Shown: piece after piece, positions 1-7,356 of the stretch
How the letters are laid out: every line of letters begins with the position of its first letter
How positions within the stretch are numbered: the stretch's first letter is position 1
DNA from: Pseudomonadota bacterium
GTDB lineage: Bacteria; UBA10199; 2-02-FULL-44-16; DYJF01
Assembly: GCA_043823065.1 (NCBI GenBank)
Contig: JBDRBB010000007.1
Coordinates: forward strand, 1-11,251
Reading direction: 5' to 3'
DNA: 11,251 nucleotides
Translations under genes and position numbers: made by a program
The notes under the pieces: generated by a model
What the model was told of the DNA's origin: nothing
What the model saw: the letters and a program-made list of their open reading frames with translations, nothing else
Databases searched by the model: none

Positions 1-130
1 TACCTGAACCTTTTTCCTCAGCCAGATATCTGGTGATAGCGCTTGTTAGCGTGGTTTTGCCGTGATCTACGTGACCTATTGTGCCCACATTCAAATGCGG
101 TTTCGTTCTTTCAAATTTCTCTTTTGACAT
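1..130 (-). CDS. tuf: Elongation factor Tu, N-terminal part (truncated by window edge)
   Basis: Manual translation from ATG at 130: [43 protein letters not shown], with the EF-Tu P-loop [15 protein letters not shown] at 137-141 (minus strand). Directly downstream of fusA. Confidence 0.98.
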   Translation of the reverse strand, partial: MSKEKFERTKPHLNVGTIGHVDHGKTTLTSAITRYLAEEKGSG

Positions 131-191
131 ATTCTTCCTCCCCGATTTTTTACGGTTTTTTAACTAGTTAACTCACTTCCTTACTCAAGTT

Positions 192-225
192 GGCGGACCC
201 TACTGCAAAACGAAAAGATCATCAA
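192..225 (-). promoter_or_regulatory. Putative sigma-70 promoter for tuf in the fusA-tuf spacer
   Basis: Minus strand: TTGATG (225-220), 17 nt, TAGGGT (202-197), then GC-rich CCGCC. A/T tracts lie upstream (238-255). Confidence 0.5.
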
Positions 226-259
226 GAGGAAAATGCGAAAAAATGCATTTTTTTTCCTG

Positions 260-2341
260 CTAACGCCCCTCAACCTTTGCAACAACTTCATCTGCCACAT
301 TTTTGGGCACCAAACCATAGTGAGAAAAGCGCATGGTAAAGGTTGCCCGTCCTTGCGTAATAGAACGCAGGTCTGTAGCATAACCAAACATGCAAGCTAG
401 CGGTACTACTGAACCTAAGATTTGCATGCCAGCCCGAACTTCTGTTTTGGAAATTTTACCCCTTCTGGAGTTAACATCATTAATAACTGCTCCGAAAAAT
501 TCTTCCGGGACCACCACCTCTAATGCCATCAAAGGTTCTAAAAGCACTATTCCACCTTTTCTAGCAGCATCTTTTAGACCGCGTGAAGCGGCAATTTTAA
601 AAGCCAATTCTGAGGAATCTACCTCATGATAAGAACCATCCAAAAGTGTAACTTTAATATCAACCAGGGGATAACCAGCCAGAGGACCTGCACCCAGGGC
701 TTCTTCTACGCCTTTTTTAACAGCTGGAATATATTCCCTGGGAATGACTCCCTGTTTAATGCCATCTACAAATTCAAATCCTTTACCAGGCGGTACAGGT
801 TCTACTTTTAGAACTACATGCCCATACTGGCCATGGCCACCGCTTTGCTGCACAAATTTTGATTCTAATTCTACAGTTTTGGTCATGGTTTCACGATAGG
901 CCACCTGGGGCTTGCCCACATTTGCTTGCACATTAAATTCACGCATCAAACGATCCACAATAATTTCTAAATGTAGTTCGCCCATACCGGAAATTACGGT
1001 CTGTCCTGTTTCTGAATCTACATTCATTTGCAAAGAAGGATCTTCTTGAGTTAGCTTTCTTAAAGAATTTCCCAAACGATCTTCATCTGCCTTGCTTTTT
1101 GGCTCAATGGCAATGGAGAGCACTGGTGCTGGAAATTCAATAGATTCCAAAACAATTGGTTTTTCTTCTAAACAAAGAGTGTCACCAGTTGTGGTAAATT
1201 TTAAACCAATACCAGCTGCAATGTCGCCAGCAGTAACTTCTTTAAGCTCTTCTCTTTTATTGGCATGCATCAGCAAAATTCTACTTAAGCGTTCTTTTTT
1301 TCCTTTAGCAGCATTATAGATTCTAGAGCCGGCCTCCATTTTTCCTGAATAAACTCTGAAATAAGTTAATTGGCCAACATAGGGATCTGTAGCAATTTTA
1401 AATGCCAAGGCAGAAAAAGAATCATTAGGATCTGCATGTCGCAATTCAATTTGATCTGGATTATCTGGATGCCAGCCTTCCATAGGAGGGACATCTAAAG
1501 GAGGAGGTAAAAATTCCACAACTGCATCTAAAAGCTGTTGCACTCCCTTGTTTTTAAAAGCAGAACCGCAAAACACTGGCGTTACATGCATGCCAAGCAC
1601 TGCTTTGCGCGCTGCCCTGCGAACTTCATCTTCAGTTAAAGAATGACTTTCTAAATATTTGTGCAACAATTCATCATCTGCTTCCACTACAGCTTCAATT
1701 AGATATTCACGTAATTCCTGAAGCTGTTCTTTATATTCTTCTGGAGGTTCAGAAGTTTTATAGGTGGCGCCTAAAGATTCACTATCATATATAATAGTTT
1801 TTTGGCTGATGATGTCGATTACGCCTTCAAATTTTTCTTCAGCGCCAATGGGAATTTGAAATGGAACAGCATTGGCTTTGAGTTTTTCTTTCATGTCTTT
1901 TACAACTTGAAAGAAGTTGGCGCCAGAGCGATCCATCTTATTTACAAAAGCTATTTTCGGAACATTATAACGATTAGCCTGCCGCCAAACCACTTCTGAC
2001 TGGGGTTCTACGCCACCTACCGCGCAAAACACGCCGATTGCGCCGTCTAAAACGCGCAAAGATCTTTCCACTTCCATGGTGAAATCAACATGTCCGGGAG
2101 TGTCGATAATGTTAATGCGATGTTCTTTCCAAGAACAGGTGGTAGCAGCTGAAGTGATGGTAATGCCGCGTTCTTGCTCTTGTTCCATCCAGTCCATGAC
2201 TGCTGTGCCTTCATGAACTTCACCTAGCTTATGAGTCATGCCAGTGTAGAACAATATGCGCTCAGTAACCGTAGTTTTACCAGCATCAATGTGGGCAATA
2301 ATTCCAATATTGCGATATTTTTTGAGCAAACCTTTATCCAT
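260..2341 (-). CDS. fusA: Elongation factor G
   Basis: [41 protein letters not shown] and GSYHEVDSS motifs; lies between rpsG and tuf. Start placed at ATG 2341; the ORF-track GTG at 2350 is the alternative. Confidence 0.98.
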   Translation of the reverse strand: MDKGLLKKYRNIGIIAHIDAGKTTVTERILFYTGMTHKLGEVHEGTAVMDWMEQEQERGITITSAATTCSWKEHRINIIDTPGHVDFTMEVERSLRVLDGAIGVFCAVGGVEPQSEVVWRQANRYNVPKIAFVNKMDRSGANFFQVVKDMKEKLKANAVPFQIPIGAEEKFEGVIDIISQKTIIYDSESLGATYKTSEPPEEYKEQLQELREYLIEAVVEADDELLHKYLESHSLTEDEVRRAARKAVLGMHVTPVFCGSAFKNKGVQQLLDAVVEFLPPPLDVPPMEGWHPDNPDQIELRHADPNDSFSALAFKIATDPYVGQLTYFRVYSGKMEAGSRIYNAAKGKKERLSRILLMHANKREELKEVTAGDIAAGIGLKFTTTGDTLCLEEKPIVLESIEFPAPVLSIAIEPKSKADEDRLGNSLRKLTQEDPSLQMNVDSETGQTVISGMGELHLEIIVDRLMREFNVQANVGKPQVAYRETMTKTVELESKFVQQSGGHGQYGHVVLKVEPVPPGKGFEFVDGIKQGVIPREYIPAVKKGVEEALGAGPLAGYPLVDIKVTLLDGSYHEVDSSELAFKIAASRGLKDAARKGGIVLLEPLMALEVVVPEEFFGAVINDVNSRRGKISKTEVRAGMQILGSVVPLACMFGYATDLRSITQGRATFTMRFSHYGLVPKNVADEVVAKVEGR

Positions 2342-2378
2342 GATAATCACTTAGCTATCAAAGAGCAGTGAATCTGAA

Positions 2379-2858
<480 letters not shown>

Positions 2859-2865
2859 TTACCTC

Positions 2866-3237
2866 TTATTTAGGTCTCTTGGTGCCGTATTTGGAACGGC
2901 TTTGTTTACGATTTTCAACACCCATGGTGTCTAAGGTTCCTCTTACTATATGATAGCGAACGCCTGGTAAATCTTTAACACGACCACCGCGCACTAAAAC
3001 CACAGCATGCTCTTGCAAATTGTGGCCTTCGCCAGGAATGTAGCTACTTACTTCAATACCATTGGTTAAACGCACACGAGCTACTTTGCGCAAAGCTGAG
3101 TTTGGTTTTTTAGGCGTGGTTGTATAAACGCGAATACAGACACCTCGCTTTTGCGGACATTGCTGCAAAGCCGGAGAATCTGAACGGACCTTGATGTGCT
3201 GGCGACCAGATTTTACGAGCTGGTTGATTGTTGGCAT
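2866..3237 (-). CDS. rpsL: 30S ribosomal protein S12
   Basis: [53 protein letters not shown] upstream. Confidence 0.99.
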   Translation of the reverse strand: MPTINQLVKSGRQHIKVRSDSPALQQCPQKRGVCIRVYTTTPKKPNSALRKVARVRLTNGIEVSSYIPGEGHNLQEHAVVLVRGGRVKDLPGVRYHIVRGTLDTMGVENRKQSRSKYGTKRPK

Positions 3238-3314
3238 AATTTACAACTCCTCTTAACTAAAATTAACCTTATATTTCAATGCGTTATATAGAATTCTACC
3301 CTTAACTTGCACAA

Positions 3315-3352
3315 GGCGGGGCAACCTATCACAATGATTTAAACAAAGTCAA
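3315..3352 (-). promoter_or_regulatory. Putative sigma-70 promoter of the str operon with GC-rich discriminator
   Basis: Minus strand: TTGACT (3352-3347), 18 nt ending in TG-A (extended -10), TAGGTT (3328-3323), then GCCCCGCC. Confidence 0.6.
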
Positions 3353-3369
3353 CAATATTAATAGGATTT

Positions 3370-4980
3370 TTACCACTGAATAAGTTTTTGGTCTGGAATA
3401 ACTTCAACTTTCCACTCCAGCACGTCCAAGCCGCCTCTATATTGCTTTATATTGGTAAAACGCTTGGCAATGGCCACCAGGTTTGGATTGGTAAAAAGAA
3501 AGGTATAAGGTTCTTCAGCATGAATGATCTTATGAAATTTTTTGTAAAGCTGGGTACGTTTTTGGGGATCAAATTCCCTGCGGCCTTGCTCAATTAATAA
3601 ATCAGCTTCTTTATTTTTAAAACCAATAAAATTTGAGCCCTGCTCTACTTGGGTGGAATGCCAAATTTGATAGGGATCTTGTTCTATTGGTTGCAACCAA
3701 GCCAGAGTTGCTGCATCAAAATCATGCCCCCTAATTTCTTTTAAAAATGCCGCCCATTCCAAAGGCATGATATCCATTTCTATACCAACATCTTCCAAAT
3801 TTTCACGCATGATCAAACTTAAACTTTTGGCAAACTCGCTGCCTGAAGCATAAAGAAAAGTAAATTTAAATGGCAGGCCATCTTTGTCGCGCACGCCATC
3901 GCCATCATGATCAACCCAGCCTGCCTCATCTAAAAGTTTCTTGGCTTGTTCTGGATCATAAGGATAAGGATCAATTGTTTTATCATAGGCATCGCCAAAC
4001 AAATAAAAATTACCGCTAACAATTTCTCCTTGGTCAAATATCATTTTTTCTAAAATCATTTTTCGATCAAGCAACATGGTCATGGCAATTCTGACGCGCC
4101 TGTCTGAAAAATATGGTTTGCTCAAATTCCAACCAATGTAAGAATAATTGGGAACCCAATAACGATACTTGTTAAATTTTTCTTTAAAAGCTTGGCTTTC
4201 TGTTTGTCTGGCCCACTGAATGGGGCGCAATCCTGCAAAATCCAAATCACCTTTTTTTAAAAGTTGCAGGGCAACATCTGCATTAGGAATAATTTTAAAT
4301 ACCACACCTTTGATTGCTGGCATTTCTCCCCAATAATTTTCATTGCGGGTTAAAACTATTTTTGAACCAGTTTCCCATTTTTCAAAAATATAAGGACCCG
4401 TGCCCACTGGATGACGATTAGCAGAATGCATATTAAAATTCTGGCCATCATCAAAGATGTGTTTGGGAATAATGGGAATACCGCCTACAATTTCCAGGGC
4501 GCGAAAATAGGGCTGGCGATAAACAAACTGGATTCTATGTTCATCTAATTTTTTGGCAGAAATAACATCTTGATAATAATTTCTTAAATGACCAGCATCT
4601 ACTTTAGGATCTTTGATGCGCTCATAAGAATAAAGAACATCTTCAATGGTTAGGGGCTTTCCATCTTGCCACTTAATGCCTTGGCGCAAAGTAAAAGTAT
4701 AGGTTAGATGATCATCAGAAATTTCCCATTTTGAGGCTAAAAAAGGTTCAAAAGCCAGGGTTTCATTATTGCGCTTAACCAAGAATTCGTAAATCAGGCC
4801 TTCTACAGAACTGGACACAGCATCTGTGGATAAAATTGGATTTAAAACCGTGGGATCTGAAGGCAAATGATAGACCAAATCTTGGGGGGAACGCAAGGGC
4901 CTAAAATCACAACCAGCCACCAAAGCAGGCATCATTATATATATCATTATATACAAGAGGATTTTGGGATAGTTTTTCAT
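3370..4980 (-). CDS. Peptide ABC transporter substrate-binding lipoprotein (OppA/AppA, SBP family 5)
   Basis: LASKWEISDDHLTYTFTLRQGIKWQDGKPLT, PVGTGPY, SDRRVRIAM, YDPEQAKKLLDEAGW motifs. Start moved to ATG 4980 because it gives a clean lipoprotein signal MKNYPKILL...LVAG-C. Confidence 0.93.
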   Translation of the reverse strand: MKNYPKILLYIMIYIMMPALVAGCDFRPLRSPQDLVYHLPSDPTVLNPILSTDAVSSSVEGLIYEFLVKRNNETLAFEPFLASKWEISDDHLTYTFTLRQGIKWQDGKPLTIEDVLYSYERIKDPKVDAGHLRNYYQDVISAKKLDEHRIQFVYRQPYFRALEIVGGIPIIPKHIFDDGQNFNMHSANRHPVGTGPYIFEKWETGSKIVLTRNENYWGEMPAIKGVVFKIIPNADVALQLLKKGDLDFAGLRPIQWARQTESQAFKEKFNKYRYWVPNYSYIGWNLSKPYFSDRRVRIAMTMLLDRKMILEKMIFDQGEIVSGNFYLFGDAYDKTIDPYPYDPEQAKKLLDEAGWVDHDGDGVRDKDGLPFKFTFLYASGSEFAKSLSLIMRENLEDVGIEMDIMPLEWAAFLKEIRGHDFDAATLAWLQPIEQDPYQIWHSTQVEQGSNFIGFKNKEADLLIEQGRREFDPQKRTQLYKKFHKIIHAEEPYTFLFTNPNLVAIAKRFTNIKQYRGGLDVLEWKVEVIPDQKLIQW

Positions 4981-4993
4981 GAGATTTGTTTTG

Positions 4994-5022
4994 GGTATAG
5001 CACTGGATGGAATGGGTGGCAA
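4994..5022 (-). promoter_or_regulatory. Putative sigma-70 promoter for the SBP gene
   Basis: Minus strand: TTGCCA (5022-5017), 17 nt ending in TGC, TATACC (4999-4994). The last T of the -10 is missing. It would give a very short leader with no SD. Confidence 0.4.
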
Positions 5023-5027
5023 GGTTT

Positions 5028-5085
5028 TGTACAAAGTGTGTACAAAGTGCAGCAAAATTGGACACTAGTGTACGATTTTGCTACA
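5028..5085. promoter_or_regulatory. Three phased 17-bp boxes, putative enhancer (UAS) for a sigma-54 activator
   Basis: TGTACAAAGTGTGTACA (5028-5044), TGCAGCAAAATTGGACA (5048-5064), TGTACGATTTTGCTACA (5069-5085). All fit TGYA-N9-KACA, with starts 20 and 21 bp apart. Boxes 2 and 3 form a 40-bp inverted repeat (5047-5086, 17/20 pairs). Confidence 0.7.
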
Positions 5086-5107
5086 CCTGGTTTGCTTCCA
5101 AAAAGCC

Positions 5108-5120
5108 TAACTACTTGATT
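5108..5120 (-). promoter_or_regulatory. IHF binding site
   Basis: Minus strand AATCAAGTAGTTA matches WATCAANNNNTTR exactly and sits between the UAS boxes and the -24/-12 element. Confidence 0.75.
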
Positions 5121-5137
5121 TTTAGTAAATCTTTATT

Positions 5138-5153
5138 TGGCATGAATTGTGCT
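5138..5153 (+). promoter_or_regulatory. Sigma-54 (RpoN) -24/-12 promoter
   Basis: TGGCATGAATTGTGCT has GG(5139-5140)-N10-GC(5151-5152), close to consensus TGGCACG-N4-TTGCW. Predicted +1 near 5164. Confidence 0.8.
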
Positions 5154-5238
5154 CTATGGTTTGAGCATGAAATTGGTCCGCTCTCAAAACCCCACTTTTT
5201 TCTGGCCTATTTTTAGTTTCTATGATTTAAGCCAGCTC

Positions 5239-6534
5239 ATGTCAGGTGTTCGTTTAAACCGAATCACCTCTGGGGTTCTTATCCTGCTTTTCTTGTCCTG
5301 GCAGATTGCCCCTGGTTTTGCCTCTGACTCAACCCAAAATACCACTTCAGTTATCATTAAATCTTATAATGATGAAATATCAGATGAGGTTTCTGAAGAT
5401 AGCGCAGCTGCTTTGCGTCAAGTATTGCCCAAAATTTCTAACACCCACATTCTCTCTCCAGAACTGGTGAAAAATGTTTTAAATTATTACCAAAAAGAAA
5501 GTTCTAGTTTTTCTCAAGAAAAACAAAATGCTATTCAGAATTTAACTCAATCCAAAGATCATTATTTTAGTTTTCATTATGATGAAGCTTTGGCTGAAGT
5601 AGCCAGTGCTATTGATTTTTTTAGCAAAGGAGATTTATCTAAAAACGGAGCAATGCTTCAAGACAGCTTGCTCACCCAGGGTGTTATTGCCAAAGCTGCT
5701 GGCAAAAAAGATTTAGCGCAAAAATCTTTTGAGAGCGCAGTTAAACTTGATCCTTTTTATAAAATAGACCGCATGCTTTTTGCCCCAAGCGTGGTTGCTC
5801 TTTATGAAGAACAACAAACTGAAATTTTCAACCAAGAAAAAGGATCTTTAAAAATAGATAGCACTCCTCCTGCTGCTGAAATCTATATTAACGGCATTTT
5901 GCACGGAGTTACTCCTTTGGAATATCCAGAAGTTCCTGTTGGCGCATATAATATTGTTATTAAAACCAACAAATATCAGCCTGTGGAAAAAAATATAAGC
6001 CTGCAAGCTGGACAAAAAGTTCTGGTAAAAGAAAAGCTGCGTTGGAGCGATAAAAAAGAAGTGGCTGCGCCAAAACCAACTCAAGATACTAGAGCCTTAA
6101 TTAATGAAGGCATTCAACTGGCTGATCTGCTTAAAGCAGATAAGGCCATTTTAATAAATTGCGATGAAACCAAAAACGGAAATGTAATTGTAGCGCGCAT
6201 GGTTGACCGCAAATATCGGGCTGGTTACCGGGCTGTGGTTTATGAATATAAAACCATTGAAGAAAGACCTCAGGCAATTGCAGGTGTGGCCAAGGTTTTA
6301 GCTGCCCAAGCAGATGCCAATCTTTTGGATGATCCTATGCAATATTTAGATCCAGATGGACTTGGTGATCCCATTCTTTTGGGCGCGCGTAAAAATAAAA
6401 TATATAAGCGACCCTGGTTCTGGGCAACTATTGGCGGCCTGGCTGCTGCAGCATTAGCTGGCGGTTTGGTGGCTGCATTTTCTTCAGGTGGCGGTTCGTC
6501 TGGCACAGGGAGCGTAAACGTGGAGTTTAAATAA
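5239..6534 (+). CDS. Exported TPR-like + PEGA domain protein with C-terminal Gly/Ala-rich membrane segment
   Basis: Signal-peptide-like N-terminus from ATG 5239 (MSGVRLNRITSGVLILLFLSWQIAPGFA). TPR-like helices (AQKSFESAVKLDP). PEGA motif GSLKIDSTPPAAEIYING...GVTPL (from 5842). Tail YKRPWFWATIGGLAAAALAGGLVAAF. The ORF-track start 5149 overlaps the promoter; ATG 5167 is an alternative. Confidence 0.85.
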   Translation: MSGVRLNRITSGVLILLFLSWQIAPGFASDSTQNTTSVIIKSYNDEISDEVSEDSAAALRQVLPKISNTHILSPELVKNVLNYYQKESSSFSQEKQNAIQNLTQSKDHYFSFHYDEALAEVASAIDFFSKGDLSKNGAMLQDSLLTQGVIAKAAGKKDLAQKSFESAVKLDPFYKIDRMLFAPSVVALYEEQQTEIFNQEKGSLKIDSTPPAAEIYINGILHGVTPLEYPEVPVGAYNIVIKTNKYQPVEKNISLQAGQKVLVKEKLRWSDKKEVAAPKPTQDTRALINEGIQLADLLKADKAILINCDETKNGNVIVARMVDRKYRAGYRAVVYEYKTIEERPQAIAGVAKVLAAQADANLLDDPMQYLDPDGLGDPILLGARKNKIYKRPWFWATIGGLAAAALAGGLVAAFSSGGGSSGTGSVNVEFK

Positions 6535-6535
6535 T

Positions 6536-6573
6536 CCCCCCTCTCCCTTGAGGGGAGAGGGCTGGGGTGAGGG
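6536..6573. repeat. BoxC-like GC-rich palindromic intergenic element
   Basis: Stem CCCTCTCCC (6539-6547) / GGGAGAGGG (6553-6561) followed by CTGGGGTGAGGG. This matches, from memory, the widespread CCCTCTCCC..GGGAGAGGG-N-GGGTGAGGG repeat. No U-tract follows. Confidence 0.75.
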
Positions 6574-6579
6574 TGACCT

Positions 6580-7356
6580 ATGAAACCAATAATAAAAATA
6601 TTAGCTACAGCTTCTTTCTTCATCATTCTTGCAAGTTGCGGTCAAACCTCTGGCCCGCTTTCCACAACCAATACCACTGAAAACGGTGGCAGGCTGCAAC
6701 TCACAGTTAAGGGCTCGCAAAGTTTTAATCCCAATGCCCCACATGGCCAGATTAGAAAATATCAAGTTGTAGTGAGCGCGCCAGATTTAGCTGAGCCAGT
6801 TACGGCAATCTTTGACGGCACAGCCACCAGCGGCCAAATTAACGGCATTCCAGTGGGAAGTGATCGACTAGTTACAGTAAATGCGCTTAATCCCAATAGC
6901 GCCATCATCCGCCAAGGCGAACAAGAAGGAGTGCAGATTAAAGGCGGCCAAACTGCGCAAGCTGACATCACTTTAGAATCTGTGCCAATCTTTACTAATT
7001 TAGCTAATGGCAACAACATTGCTAACACCAGATTAATCTTCAAGGCTTTTGCCGATCCTGCAAGCCAAGTTGTAATTGAGGATCTCTCAGCTCAAAATGC
7101 AGTAAGCTTGGTTGATGCTTCAACTTCCTTGCCTGAAGTTAATTTAGATATTTCAACTGGGCTTGGCCAACTAACACCAAGTCTTCAGCCCAATGGTGAG
7201 CACAGCTATGTTATCAAAGATTTAAATACCAATCGCTCAACAACTATTACTGTAAATTTAATAGATGGCAGCAAACTTAAACCAGCTCCGTTTTTTGCAG
7301 CTGGCAGCAGTTTAGAACCTGAGACCCAAGGGAGGGTATCATGTGGAACATATTGA
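6580..7356 (+). CDS. Uncharacterised lipoprotein, predicted beta-sandwich domains
   Basis: Signal MKPIIKILATASFFII-LAS-C, a Ser/Thr linker, then alternating beta-strand patterns (GRLQLTVK, YQVVVS, GIPVGSDRLVTVNA, IKGGQTAQADITL). Confidence 0.8.
   Translation: MKPIIKILATASFFIILASCGQTSGPLSTTNTTENGGRLQLTVKGSQSFNPNAPHGQIRKYQVVVSAPDLAEPVTAIFDGTATSGQINGIPVGSDRLVTVNALNPNSAIIRQGEQEGVQIKGGQTAQADITLESVPIFTNLANGNNIANTRLIFKAFADPASQVVIEDLSAQNAVSLVDASTSLPEVNLDISTGLGQLTPSLQPNGEHSYVIKDLNTNRSTTITVNLIDGSKLKPAPFFAAGSSLEPETQGRVSCGTY

Noticed and set aside
181..1999. Short ORFs 181-387(-), 390-629(+), 626-811(+), 1092-1319(+), 1802-1999(+)
   Set aside because: They overlap or are antisense to fusA, with no recognisable motifs; shadow ORFs.
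2866..3237. Streptomycin-resistance substitutions in S12
   Set aside because: PKKPNS and RVKDLPG motifs are wild type.
3274..3286. IHF-like site TTTCAATGCGTTA in the rpsL leader
   Set aside because: One mismatch in the core, within AT-rich sequence, with no supporting architecture.
3388..5216. ORFs 3388-3597(+), 4867-5118(+), 5007-5216(+) and the extended SBP start at 5055
   Set aside because: They are antisense to the SBP gene or run through regulatory motifs. The lipoprotein signal fits the 4980 start.
6536..6573. Hairpin as a rho-independent terminator
   Set aside because: No U-tract on the plus strand; better explained as a dispersed palindromic repeat.
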